DNA of 64,000 bases from Octopus sinensis (taxonomy: Eukaryota), in NCBI RefSeq assembly GCF_006345805.1, contig NC_043006.1:51150001-51214000 (forward strand). The letters run 5' to 3'. Below the pieces are notes generated by a model, which saw only the letters and a program-made list of their open reading frames with translations, ran no database searches and was not told the DNA's origin. The position numbers were made by a program, and so were the translations under genes. Within the stretch, counting starts at the first letter, position 1; each line of letters begins with the position of its first letter. Positions 29,131 to 42,519 of this stretch are shown one piece after another.

Positions 29131-30362
29131 GATCAAAAACCATTTAATTTTCTTTTGTTTTTCTCAGTGCAGGAGTTAAGATTTGACAGCTACTTCTTCA
29201 ATGGATCATATCTAGTTAATCAATTTTCTTCTTTTGAGGAGTTGTCAATGATTGTCGCCAAGCTGGAATAAAGTCTTTTAGCGTATATAGTTGAATTATT
29301 ATACTCAAGTAGCTACTTTTTTTTTTTACCAAGCTCGGAGGAATGAAGATGCAAAGTGGTCTCGAACGGGATATGAAATTAGAAAGAAACATGGATAACT
29401 AATCACCAACAATTACAATTTAACGTAGAGGGGAACCTCTTACAATATCACTTTAAATGCTTGCTGAACATAACAGCCAAAATCTCAGATCCCCCAAGCA
29501 AGAACTATGAGGGGGATGATTATGAAGATCGTTGATCACATATTGACCTAGGGCTAAACATCTATTATTACAATTACCAGATGATAAAATTCAATAATAT
29601 ATACGATTATTACGTAAACATATGGGTATATGAGTGTACGCGTTAAGTATTTGAAAGTATTAAAAGTACAATAACTACTTCATCGGAGATGTACTCGCAT
29701 AGCAAGTAATTTGATCTGAAATCGTGTGCTGAAACGAAAACAATTGCCGTGTGGAAGGTGTTTGTAAGCCATTTAAGAAACACACAAAAGCCGTTCGATT
29801 CACTTCAACATCTAAGTTTAATTTGTCAAAATATTTTCGTCGCTAAAATCCGCGACCTGTTCACTGACAAAGTCCGTGCTGCATCTAAGAAAGTAACATT
29901 TAGTTCGTCATATATATGTACGTATGTATGTGTGTATGTATGCATACATGTGTGTATGTATGTATGTACGTATGCATGTACGCACATACGCCTGTGTATG
30001 CATGTATGTATGTATGTATGTATGTATATATGTATGTGTGTGTATATGCACGCACATACACTCTATAAAACATAAAGCTATAAACCTGTGCTATAACTAC
30101 TTCATCGTTAATTTTAAAAGCTAATATGAAAGCATAAACTTGCTTAACCAGAACAACGGTACATAAGCTGTTACATTTTGCTAGAAGTCTCACCCCATAT
30201 TTCGAAAATCTGAAGAATTTGTTTGCGGGTATACCAATATCTTCGAAAAAATATTTGTTTCAACTCTAGATATAAATGTTAATTAGAAAGAACGTATCTT
30301 CTCTAGAAACAATTTATAACTCGAAAGAAATCTATATTTTTAAAAAGATAAAACTAACTTAC

Positions 30363-30365
30363 CAT
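30363..30365 (-). CDS. TUBA: probable ATG-only exon 1 of alpha-tubulin gene 2 (intron 1 about 6.6 kb)
   Basis: Minus strand reads tatcaacATG|gtaagtt, a strong donor directly after Met. Exon 2 starts in phase 0 at Arg2. The same 17-mer recurs at 59711-59727. Confidence 0.75.
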
Positions 30366-30443
30366 GTTGATAAGTGTTTTTCTTTATATACTCGAAATTA
30401 AAGTGGTTTGTTATATGTTCTTAATGTCTCAGAGCGATGTGCA

Positions 30444-30474
30444 CTCACACGGATTTGATGTACCCTACGTGAGG
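30444..30474 (-). promoter_or_regulatory. conserved upstream motif CCTCACGTAGG-NNN-CATCAAATCCGTGTGAG of tubulin gene 2
   Basis: 29/31 identical to 59607-59637 and 78 nt upstream of the ATG (80 nt in the other copy). The sequence between motif and start context is diverged. Confidence 0.7.
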
Positions 30475-30512
30475 TCAAAGACTGACTTACAACGGCTGAG
30501 TCTGTGTTCTCT

Positions 30513-30545
<33 letters not shown>

Positions 30546-31394
30546 AACGTACAAATACTTGTGTGTATGTGTGTGAGTTTATGTATGTGAAAGAGACAGA
30601 TACGCACATACACAGACGTACCCAGACACACACATACACATACACATATTGCCACTCCTCAAACTGCTCCTCTTTCTATCACTACTACTCTAACCGCCAC
30701 TCTTTTAAAAAAACCACTGCGCTATACAATAGAGTAGATTCCTAGCCAAGTGTCCTTTATCTCCTCCTCTTCTCTATTCATCCTTCTCTCATTTGCATTC
30801 TCTGTTTTTTATTTATGTTCAGTGGTTTTGACTCATACACAGGCAGCGACACACATATACATATAGAGACACCGATACACATATTCAGATACACATACAG
30901 ACGACACATACATATACACACACTGACACACACACACACATAAACACATACACAAACACCGACACACATTTACACATATCCGTCGCACGTTTCTCGCTTA
31001 TAATTACTAACACACACGCACACAGAATATACAAACCACTCGACATATACAAAGTATGTACCATAAATTCACATAGAAATCGTGTTTCTTTTTCCTGCTT
31101 TGAATTGCGGCCATACTGGTGTATTTCTGTTGAGGCCTTCATGTGATCATATCCAGGGCTTCCTAAAAAAATTCCTCAACGCAAAATAAGGTTTTTCGCG
31201 TTCCAAGAAGAATCTTCTCAAAAATACATAAAACTGAAAAGACCGGGCTAATTGTACCGGCTCCATCTTCTAATTATTTCATCCCTAGCTCTTATTTCAG
31301 TCTCATGTTTATTGTAGTTAAGTTAGAAACTGGAAGTTAAAACTTGAAAACTAGAAAATAATTGCTAACTTGTTATTTTTAAACATACTTCTGT

Positions 31395-31768
31395 AGGTAC
31401 AGGCATGTCTAGTAAGAAGCTTGCTTCCTAACCGGGTTCAGTTCCTCACTGCGTAGCACCTTGGGCATGTCTTCTACCATAGCCCCGGGTCGAACAAAGC
31501 CTTATGAGTTTATTTAGTAAACGGAAACTAATATATATGTAGGTGTGTGGATGGATGGGTGGGGGTGTTTGTTAGCCACCGCCGCTTAACCGGTGTTGGT
31601 TTGTTTACGTCCCTGCAACATAGCGGTTTGGCTAAAAGAAAGTGAAAGATATATGTACCATACTTTAAAAAAGTATTTTTTAAAAGGCGCAGGCGTGGCT
31701 GTGAGGTAAGAAGCTTGGGTAAATCTTCTACTATAGCCTCGAGCCGACCAAAGCCTTGTGAGTGGATT
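31395..31768 (+). mobile_element. two adjacent degenerate SINE family A fragments
   Basis: Repeated gtaagaagcttg heads and tcttctac(c/t)atagcc cores. Confidence 0.6.
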
Positions 31769-32408
31769 TCTTCTCTTTATTTTTTTTTTTGCGAAATACG
31801 GAGTTTATGATTCATGTGTGAGTGTGTGTTCTTGATACTCGTTTAGAACAAGTAGTTTTACACCAATTACACTATTTTTTCTTAGTTTAAAGGCCGTGGA
31901 CTGAAGATGTGAAATTTCCGAAGCCTCTCCCCCACCCCCCTTTCGCGAGCGCGCATTTTTTTCATGATAGTCGTTTAGAGCAAGTTGTTTTACACCTATA
32001 CGCTGTTTTTGTTTTTGTTTTTGTGCCCGGTTCAGACGCTTTCGGAAATTCCCGATATAAATATTCGAGGCCTCCCCACACCCTCTTTCTCGAGAGCGCA
32101 TTTTTTTTTTCCTATTCGTTAGAGCAAGTTGTTTTACACATATTACACTATTTTGTTTTGTTTTGGTGCCGGGTCAGCCCCTCAGACGCTTTCGGAACTT
32201 CCCGATGGGATTTTCCGAGGCCTCTACCCCACCCCCCTTCGCGTGCGCGATTTTTTTTTTCATATTCGTTCATAGGAAGTTGTTTTACACCTATTAACAC
32301 ACATTTTTTTTTTGATTTTCTGATATTTGTTACGCCCTATATTAACCCAAAGAATAAGTCTCGGGATCGATTCCTTCGACTAAAACTCTTTAACGCAGTG
32401 CTTGGAAA

Positions 32409-32977
32409 GACTTCCGCCCCCACCCCATTTTCTCCCAAATTTGTTTATTAATTTTTTTTTTTTTTGCCAAAAACCCCCGTTTTCAGATACGGAGGTTCCG
32501 GAAAATTGCCAAAAATCGGCATTGTGAAATTCTCACCCCTTCCACCCCACCCCCACTTCTTTAAATTTGACTTTTTCTCTCCAACACTAATCCTAAAACC
32601 TTAACCCTAACCCTAACACCCTAATCCTAACCCTAACCGTAAATACAGAAATATTTTGAAATTTTTTTCCGAATCATAATGTACGTATTTTCCCGCATAT
32701 TTAGAAAACAAAAAAAAAATTCTTTAAAAAAAATTTTACAAAAATTTTTGGAAATTTTTTTCAGAATCATAATCTCCGTATTTTTCCGCATATTTCGAGA
32801 GAAAAAAATTCTGAAAATAGTAAAAAATTAAGGAAATTGGGGTGGGGTGGGGGTAATTTAAAAATGCCGATTTTTGCCAATCTTTTTGTAGATTCGTATT
32901 CCCCGTAGCCGAAGGGTGAGGGGTTGTGTCGAAAAAAAATTTTTAAGGGTGGTTTTTGGTGGGGACGGGCGGAAGTC
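32409..32977. mobile_element. TIR element inserted in a SINE A tail, containing (CCCTAA)-like repeats
   Basis: 11-bp TIR gacttccgccc / gggcggaagtc. The SINE tail resumes catggtcgcagtcaaatgactgaaa. Telomere-like hexamers at about 32590-32638. Confidence 0.5.
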
Positions 32978-33100
32978 AACATGGTCGCAGTCAAATGACT
33001 GAAATATGTAAAAGAATACACACGCACAAGGATTCTAGAGGTATTTGAGAACATATTTGCTAATTTAATAGAACAACTCTAATCTAGCAAACGTTCTAAA

Positions 33101-33463
33101 TCTCTATATATATAAAGCTGAAGTTATCTGTGTATGGCAGGTTTGGTAGCCTTCAACTAACACTATCTCCTCCGAGACCTCTGCGGCGCAAGTTGACCAA
33201 AATTGAGAGTATGATAGAAGGCTTGATCTTCCTTCCGTAGAAGAAAAAATTCAAATCGGACCATGTTAACACCAAAAATTATTTACATCAAAAATGTGCT
33301 TTTTTTCTATGAAAATCACTATTTTTTACTTTCTTTTTTGCTGCTCTGCCGCCATTTTTCGGTGTAAATGTTCACTTAAAGAGAATGCAAAATTTTTACT
33401 TTTCAAAAATTCCAATTCTAAAGGGTCGAAACAAACCCGAGCAACGCCGAGCAATACTGCTAG
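33101..33463 (+). mobile_element. non-autonomous Helitron-like element
   Basis: A|TCtctatatat ... cccgagcaacgccgagc ... CTAG|T. Confidence 0.75.
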
Positions 33464-33677
33464 TATTTTTTTAAACTCAAAACAATGCCTGTCATGTTTA
33501 GTACTATAATATATCAAGGTTAGGACCCCTTCTTCAAGAAAAAAAGGAAGAAAGGTGTTGATAGCTGATTCCTCAGTTCTGTAGAATAAACTTGTACTCT
33601 ACAAAAGTACAGAATAGCTCCTCAGATTAATGTAAAATTGTTATAACTAAACATAAAAACAACCACAGACACACAGA

Positions 33678-33680
33678 GGC

Positions 33681-33770
<90 letters not shown>
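33678..33770. repeat. (GATA)n microsatellite
   Basis: Direct reading. Confidence 0.9.
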
Positions 33771-33823
33771 AACTTACTTGGAAATTGATGCATGGCGTTC
33801 AATCATACAATATATTATATATA

Positions 33824-33902
<79 letters not shown>

Positions 33903-33983
33903 GTTATATGTGTGTATATCTAATATAAATGAATATATGTATATATATATCTATATATGGTGTGTGTGTGTGTACCAAATAAA

Positions 33984-34177
33984 CAACAAGAATATTCTCG
34001 GTAATTTGGTACGATCGTTTCACGCTACATCATTTTATTAAACATTGTAAGTATTACAACAATTTTAAAATGTTGAGCAATCATCAGCCATTTTAAAACT
34101 GTTGTAATACTTACAATGTTTAATAAAATGATGTAGCGTGAAACGATCGTACCAAATTACCGAAGATATTTTTGTTG
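33984..34177. repeat. foldback with perfect 63-bp arms
   Basis: 33999-34061 is the exact reverse complement of 34100-34162. Imperfect pairing continues inward and outward. Confidence 0.9.
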
Positions 34178-34278
34178 CTTATTTTGATTGTAATCACCCC
34201 ATGAATTTATATGGATAACACCGTACAAAATTCTGGTCCATCTACTTAAGTACCATATTCTTTGAATCTAAATTTTTG

Positions 34279-34341
<63 letters not shown>

Positions 34342-34807
34342 TATATGGGTACAGGACGTCACCACTGTGTACAACATGAAATACGAAACAACGAGTTAAA
34401 TACGCAAACACACATACATAATTGTTCAGTTTGATTAGATTAAAAAAGAAAATGAAAATTAAGGGGGAGATAAGTAGTAAAAGAAGCAAAGAGAGGAATC
34501 AATCTTAGAGGAATCGTGGACTATCATTCAATTAGGAAAAGCTGGAGACAACATTCTTCGGTGGTTGGCACGGCGTCGACTAATTATGAATATGTAGACC
34601 TGTGAAAATTGTAATTCACCATGTGGCCTTACTACACGTGCTGTAGCAAATTTGTTCGTTACCGTTCATTTTCTGAGAGAAGTCATATTTCACAAGTGTT
34701 TATGTTGTGTAGTGTAAAAGTTGACTTATCTCCCTTAATTTTTATTTACTTTTTTTCGTCTAACCAAACTGAACAAATTACCTATATATATATATATATA
34801 TATTACG

Positions 34808-34859
<52 letters not shown>

Positions 34860-35199
34860 CAAAAAGTTAGAGGTTGTGAATCCAACCAACTAAGGGATAA
34901 TCTATCCAATATACTGCTGGTAGAATACCCAATTATTAATACACAAGTTTTTTTATTGCACTGCAATTACATTACCGAGTGTACTAATGGGTGAGGGTAA
35001 AGAGATATTTTACCATTAATTTAGAGAGCAATAAGAAAATGGAGGGGATCATAGGTGATAGTCATCGACATTATATTATGCCAATTTATTTACTTATTTA
35101 CTAAAATAATGCATGTATGTATATTGTTATGATTCTCATTTTAGTAAATAAATAAATAATAAATTGACACACACATATATATATACATACATACATATA

Positions 35200-35267
<68 letters not shown>

Positions 35268-35301
35268 TATATACATATATATATGTAAAGAGTAAAGACC
35301 C

Positions 35302-35620
35302 CCTTCGGTCATGAATGACCATGGGATTGCACCTAGAAAGTTACCCTCCTAGACACAAGTCTGGGCAAGTTGTTTATGGAAGACCAGCAGTCGCCCATGC
35401 ATACCAGCCTCCCCTCTCCACGCCACCAGTGTTATCCAAGGGAAAGACAAAGGTCGATACAGCTTGGCACCTGTGACGTCGCAACTCATTTCTACAGCTG
35501 AGTGAAGTGGAGCAACGTGAAATAAAGTGCCTTGCTCAAGAACACAACACGCAGCCCGGTCCGGGATTCGAGCTCACAACCTCACGATCGTAAGCCCGAC
35601 GCTCTAACCACTGAGCCATG
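35302..35620 (-). mobile_element. SINE family B variant embedded in a (TA)n tract
   Basis: Minus-strand head tggctcagtggttagagcgtcgggc and core gagcaaggcactttatttcacgttgctcc. (TA)n on both flanks. Confidence 0.7.
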
Positions 35621-35861
35621 TATATATATATATACATATATATATGTATATGTATATATATATATACATATACTATATATATATACATATATATAGGTAA
35701 ACAGTAACATTAATTACAGACATGGACAAGAACATGAAACACCACAGAGACGACACATATATTATATATATATAATATATATATAACACCACAGAGACGA
35801 CACATTATATAATATATTATATAATATATAATATATATAATATATATATATATATATAATA

Positions 35862-35899
<38 letters not shown>

Positions 35900-35962
35900 T
35901 TATATATATATATTATATATATATATATATATAATTCTATATATATATATATATTATATATA

Positions 35963-35995
<33 letters not shown>

Positions 35996-36068
35996 ATATA
36001 TTCTATATATATATTATATATTATATATATATATATATATATCTATATATATTATATATATTATATAT

Positions 36069-36161
<93 letters not shown>

Positions 36162-36285
36162 TATATATATTATATATATATATATATATTATATATATAT
36201 ATATTATATATATATTATATATATATATATCTATATAATATATTATATATATATTATATATATATATAATATAATATATATATGT

Positions 36286-36316
<31 letters not shown>

Positions 36317-36470
36317 ATATATATATATATATTATATTATATATATTATATATATTATATATATATAAGATATAATATTATATATTATATATAATTATAT
36401 ATTATATATATTATATATATATATATATTATATATATATATATATTATATATATATATAATATATATATA

Positions 36471-36503
<33 letters not shown>

Positions 36504-36509
36504 GTATAT

Positions 36510-36540
<31 letters not shown>

Positions 36541-36570
36541 ATATTATATATTATATTATCTATATTATAT

Positions 36571-36623
<53 letters not shown>

Positions 36624-36638
36624 TATATATAATATATC
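35621..36638. repeat. about 1-kb imperfect (TA)n tract
   Basis: Almost pure A/T alternation from 35810 to 36638. A short duplicated acaccacagagacgacacat occurs near the left end. Confidence 0.9.
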
Positions 36639-36989
36639 ATTCACACATACACACACAGTACGAGAGGTATTTGAGAACGTATTTTAATAAAGATTTATGC
36701 GTGTTCTCGATAAGCTTTCTTATAAGAAGTAATGTTTCTCGCCACTTCATTATGGCTGTGCCGTACGAACCGACGTTGCTACTATCTTTAACCCCCAAGA
36801 GGATGTCTCCTCTAACTGGTTATCGATGCGATCTGCACCTGCTATATATTGCAAGCAGGGGAGTGAACCCCTACAATCTTCTAAAGTGACACTCGGTCAT
36901 TGATCTTGCAACAAAGTATAAGAGATGAAAGTAGTAACTATACTGAGAGGTAATGTTTGTCGCCACTTCAACATGGCTTGTTCCGTACT

Positions 36990-38190
36990 TTCATCTCTTA
37001 TAGATATTTTCTTAACAAGTTACTTTACCTTCCTATAAGATTATTCTATGAATCCTCCTTCAGCTTCATTGACTCTTTCGATGCAGGATCAGTATCAGTG
37101 ACATGCCTGCACTAAATGGTTTTTATACGTTTCAGACATCAACTCGACAACAGACATTGGCAGTCTTCAGTGAAGCTAAGGTGCTGTGAGGATGTCTCCT
37201 TTTCAACAACGCTCCATTTTAAGTCTGGCGAGTTTGGAGGTCACAAGTTTGGTGTTACGAAATCATAAAGATTGTCTGCCACCATTCTTGGGGTGTGTGG
37301 GCTCTGTGAGAAGGTGCTGAGTATTGTCGAAACACGTTTGGCCTTCCATTAGCGCTCTTCATTCGTCCAGGACAAAACAACTGTCTCCAGCATTTCAGTA
37401 ATTGTAAAACCCTGTGGGAAGATGTGAAATAGCATGACATAAAACTTCGTTACTCCCCACACCTAAAACCATGACAATTGCTAGGGATATCAGAAAGATC
37501 TGCACATAACCATCTGTCGTTTCTTCTGTTGGACCTTTGGTCTTGGTCGAAGATTTTCTCATCAGGAAAGAATAAAAGAATGCTATGTTCGTGAGGGCTT
37601 TTAATCTTGCTAAGTAGGCGCTTGGTACGGATCAAACGGTTTCACTATCCGTTTGCAGACATGAATTGATATCACTTCAGTGCATATGATCTGTCCTCGA
37701 GCACCACAGTTCTGACAGTCCACTCAGACACCTGAAGTGGCCGTTATTGATTTTCTGGGATTATCATCGACAATATTTTGAATCAGTTGGAGGAACTGCG
37801 GTGTCCTTATAATTTTCAAACGTTTAGAATGTCTGTTTGTTTTTCTCTCTCTTTCATACAAATAAAATATCTACAACAGATGCTTCCGAAGTTTGTGCTG
37901 AAAGATCTTATAGCATTTAGAAAGTTGGAAATTTCTAAATCGCCGTGTTCCGCATATATTTCGACAATGGCTGTATGTTTTTCATTTCTTGTTAGCATTT
38001 TATTTGCCACAGGGGTCCCTGAAAGTCATAAAAGTATTTTATTTGGTTTGTATATTTAATATATTGAAACTTAATTCTTTTCTTGCGATTCAAGTTTTCT
38101 GCTACAGCGACTTCAGACGAGTTTTCGCTTGAAGTTCGTTGTGACATGAAACTCGATCCGTGAGGAGAAAATTTAGTTTCAATAAACCAG
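36990..38190 (-). mobile_element. Tc1/mariner superfamily (maT/DD37D-like) transposase relic
   Basis: Minus-strand remnants FFPDEKIFDQDQRSNRRNDRWLC, VFRQYSAPSHRA, PNL*PPNSPDL and EAEGGFIE*, with many disruptions. Confidence 0.75.
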
Positions 38191-38262
38191 TTTAACATGT
38201 ATCGATTTCTGCTTTTACGTTTTGTTTCTCACAGTTCATCATTCGTGTATATCGTGTGTGTA

Positions 38263-38300
<38 letters not shown>

Positions 38301-38429
38301 TAAAGAAAAAGAGGAGAAAAACTGCGACGTGACAAGCTGTGAGCGTATGTGGGCACACACACCACACACAATCACACACGCACGCACACATACACACGCA
38401 TGCGCGCGCGCGCACACACACACACACAC

Positions 38430-39193
38430 TTAGTTTTGCAGAAGATAAAGTCTTGAATTTCTTTTTTGCTGGCGATACTGGGTGTTTCCACTCCATATTC
38501 TGCCTTTTGGATTCTGGTTCAAAATGATGGACCCAGGTCTCATGTGTTGCGACAATTCTCTCCAAAAAAGCTTTGCTTCCATCATTGTTACGAGTCGAGT
38601 AAGCGGTGACAGATCTCCACAGGAGTGCGCTTGTGCGTTTCGGCAAACTCTCTTGTCACCCATTTCAGGCAAACTTTACAGAAGCAAGGTTTGTTGTGGA
38701 TAGTTTCGAATGCAGAACCATAACTAATCTGCATAGAAGATTCCACCTCATCGATGGTCACACATCGGTTCGCCAGAACTATCTCTCGAGCTTCTTGAAT
38801 ATTCGTCAGTGGTGAAGGTTAATGGTCGTCCTGCTTCCTCTTCAAACTTCACACTTCTCCGGCCATTTTTAAACTTCTTAATCCACTCATACACACTTTT
38901 ACGTAGTAGAGTGCTGTCTCCGTATTGGATTGAAAGCCCACGATAAATTTCAGCTCCCGACAAACTTTCAGTCTAGAGAAATCGGGTCACTGATCTCCGT
39001 TCTTCCATGTGCACACCGCTAGTGCAGTGGCTGTGTTTACTCTTTAACACAAGACAGAGAACTCGAGCGATCAAAGTCAATCTTTGGTTATGTAACCACA
39101 ATAGTACCACCCTTTAACACGCCAACACAGAAGGCAGTGCGGCTAACCTAAAGAAAGTTGTAGCGAAAGTGCGGATAATTTTTCTTCCCCTAG
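38430..39193 (-). mobile_element. mariner transposase relic (5' half with TIR), truncated by (CA)n
   Basis: N-terminal EIYRGLSIQYGD...SVYEWIKKFKNGRRSV...GRP, then FLERIVATHETWVHHFEPESKRQNMEWKH. TIR-like end ...cccctag|TA at 39193. Confidence 0.8.
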
Positions 39194-39204
39194 TATATAC
39201 ATAT

Positions 39205-40010
39205 ATCATCATCATCATCATCATCGTTTAACGTCCGTTCTCCATGCTAGCATGGGTTGGACGGTTCGACCGGGGATCTGGGAAGCCAGAAGGCTGCACC
39301 AGGCTCCAGTCTAATCTGGCAATGTTTCTACAGCTGGATGCCCTTCCTAACGCCAACCACTCCGTGAGTGTAGTGGGTGCTTTTTACGTGCCACCTGCAC
39401 AGGTGCCAGGTGAGGCTGGCACGGCCACGGTCGGATTGGTGTATTTTATGTGCCACCGGCACGGAAGCCAGTCGAGGCGGTGCTGGCATCGGCCACGAGT
39501 CGGATAGTGCTTTTTACGTACCACCAGACCAGGGATCCTGGCTGGTTCAATTCGATTTCGATTTCGCTTGCCCCAACATGTCTTCACAAGCAAAGGGGGT
39601 TGGCATGGGTGGCTGTCGTACGGTCGGATTGGAGTATTTTACGTGCCACCGGCACGGAAACCAGTCGAAGCGCGCTGGCATCGGCCACACGATCGGATAG
39701 TGCTTTTTACGTACCACCAGACCAGGGATCCTGGCTGGTTCAATTCGGTTTCGATTTCGATTTCGCTTGCCCCAACATGTCTTCGCAAGCAGAGGGGGTT
39801 GGCATGGGTGCCTGTCGTCGGATGAGGTTCTATATCGACTTCGCTTGCCTCAACAGGTCTTTGTGTCCAAGGGAGGAAAGGCATTCATAAGTGGGCTGGG
39901 CTCACTTGTCCTGCCTGGTCTTCTCACGTACAGAATATTTCAAAGGTCTCGGTCGCTGGTCATTTCCTCAGTGAGGCCTAAAGTTCGAAGGTCGTGCTTC
40001 ACAACCTCGT
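39205..40010 (-). mobile_element. 5'-truncated RTE-clade LINE: ORF2 C-terminus, 3' UTR and (GAT)n tail
   Basis: Minus strand encodes DEVVKHDLRTLGLTEEMTSDRDL, an RTE-type terminus. The 3' UTR contains a 193-bp duplication. Flanked by TA-rich sequence. Confidence 0.75.
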
Positions 40011-40041
40011 CTATATATATATATATTATATATATATATAT

Positions 40042-40084
<43 letters not shown>

Positions 40085-40179
40085 ATTATGAACGAATGTA
40101 TGTATGATATATATGCTCGTGAGTGTATGTATGTATGGATGGATGGATGGATGGATGGATGGAAATATAGACAGCATGC

Positions 40180-40800
40180 GCCAGACAACCGAGAATAAAA
40201 CATAAGGCTAAGGAAAATAGAGGCCCAAAAAAAACAGCTCAAGACAGTCAACTAGATATTTCAAAGAAATAGGCAATTCAACAAATCTGCCCTCAGCACC
40301 AGTGAGGGCACCGATACAACCACAGAAGAGGCTGCATGTGAGGATCAAGTGGCCCCCTACCCACATCACACCCACAATGCTCAAGATGGCAATCTCCGGC
40401 GTCTTTAGCACAGGTATCGGCAATCTTTTATGAGAACCGGGTCGCATGAGATATGGCTCGTCCTAAGGCACTACAAAACAACGCAATATAATTTTTTGTT
40501 ATGTGTACCATTCAGAAAGCACGGGGCTTCCTGTCAATCCCCTTCTCCATGTCAACTGAAACGCAGCCACCCAGGATGTCAAAATCAAAAGAGATAGATC
40601 ACATTTTGTCGAGGGTGAGGTGTCTATGATTTCACGGTTCGACCAGCTTTGCCAAGCATGATCTACGTTCTCCCTGTCAGGTAGGACTTGTACCTATGAG
40701 CACGGGCAATACATACTAGATACCACCATATTGAGTTGATTTACAATGGTTTTTATGGATCCGCTGAGGACGTCGATGATGTCCTGTACCTAGTGACGAA
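40180..40800 (-). mobile_element. possible LINE 3' fragment
   Basis: GC-richer island with no intact ORF and only weak resemblance to Tx1-like 3' ends. Not securely assigned. Confidence 0.25.
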
Positions 40801-41717
40801 TTCGACTATCTTTACGATGTCTAAGCGCTGAGAATGTTTCTTAACCCTTTGTCTGTCCAAAGCAGCTTCATAAGTTTGCTTGTTTTCAGACTTAGCCGTT
40901 ATTGCGTGCATTCTGAGTAATATAATGCTTCTCTTTCATAAGTCCTAAGATACTCTGTTGGTTGAAAAAAATTGGGTACGTGTATCGTATATGATGCAAA
41001 AATGTGAAGGGAAAATGTCATGTGTATCCCATGTGGTGCACAGAACTGGTTAAAGGTTAAGGGCCACATATAACATGTCACTGCTGACTCTAAACAAGAA
41101 GGACCCGGTCACGTTTAAGAAGCAGAGTATTCTCGAATCGCTGTGGTTGGCAGCTAGAACCACGATTACAGCATGTTTCCTCATTTCTTTTGTCAGGCTG
41201 GATGTTGATGCTGTCAATACATCTGAAAAAGTAAACGCGGAAGTTAAAACTTTATTCATGTCACGTATTATTACATAAGGCAATTTTCCATTTACGATCA
41301 TAACGTTAGTTCCTAAATGCACACAGAGACGCACACATGCACACACGCGAGAGAGCGAGCGCACGCACACACGCACACACACTCACTCACACACACACAG
41401 TCATGTGCTTAACATGACCGTTGATGTATTTTGCCATTTACAATAAATAATTATGTAAAAAGACTCTAACCCTAACATGAACTAAATATTAGTTAAATTC
41501 TTTAGTTATTATTTATGGTATTTAAAAGGTCAGCTTCTTCTCCCGTGACATTTTTGTAGCCAAAATTGTGACTTCATTTTTTTTTATTTATTCATACATT
41601 TATTAACGCCCACACGTTAAGGCTGCTATATTGGCTTTCCTCCTCTCCGAACTGATCTAATACAGGATTCTAATGGGGACGGGGAGACTTGTGCCGTTAG
41701 ATGCAGACATATTCTCA

Positions 41718-42519
41718 TCTCTCTATATATAAACGGCAGTTTCTCTGTCTGTGTGTCTGTGTGTCTGTCAGGTTGTATGTACCCTCACCCTGACCACGGC
41801 TTTCAACCGATTCTGATGAAACTTGACACACACATAGCGCAATGTCATAATTCAAACCTAACACAGCGAAAATTTTGAGAAGTTCCCCCAGTTCTGAAAA
41901 AAATCGATAAATTCGACATGGGGTCGAGAATCTAAGCTTTTTATATGCAACACATTTTCTGTTGTAGTTTTCGCAACTTGCAATCGATTTTCACCAAACT
42001 CATGGTGAAGCTTAATGTTACCCTAAGAAACTTAATTCTGGTGTTAGTTTTCCATTCAATACCTTACCATCAGAAAAAATCGATAAAATCATGCCATTTT
42101 GGGAAATCGCGTTCAAATTCAAGATGACATCTTTTCGACAATATCTTTCACAAATTGGCAAGAATTTTTTTTTTAATTCAAAGAGAGCATCATGTCTACT
42201 CCAAGGAGTTATATGGCCCTTTTTATTCCAATAGGATACTTTATCACTGGAAAAAATCGGTTAATTAATTCATATGTGGCACACATAGCAAACCGATTTG
42301 TGTATTAAACACAAATTATCTAGGGGACACAACTCGACCTTTTTATCGCCCAAAGGGACAGCTAGGAACATTCGTATACACAGAAGTATTCGAGTGAAGA
42401 GAAGACATTGCAACCTACACATGCGCCTTCGTTCCCTAGAGGGAAAGGACTAGATTGGGATTAGACGTTGCCTACTAGGGGCTCTTACATACCCGGGCAA
42501 CGCCGGGCTATGCTGCTAG
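41718..42519 (+). mobile_element. non-autonomous Helitron-like element
   Basis: A|TCtctctatatat ... cccgggcaacgccggg ... CTAG|T. Confidence 0.75.

Noticed and set aside
32590-32638. True telomere or chromosome end
   Set aside because: Short, degenerate and internal to a repeat, with ordinary sequence on both sides.
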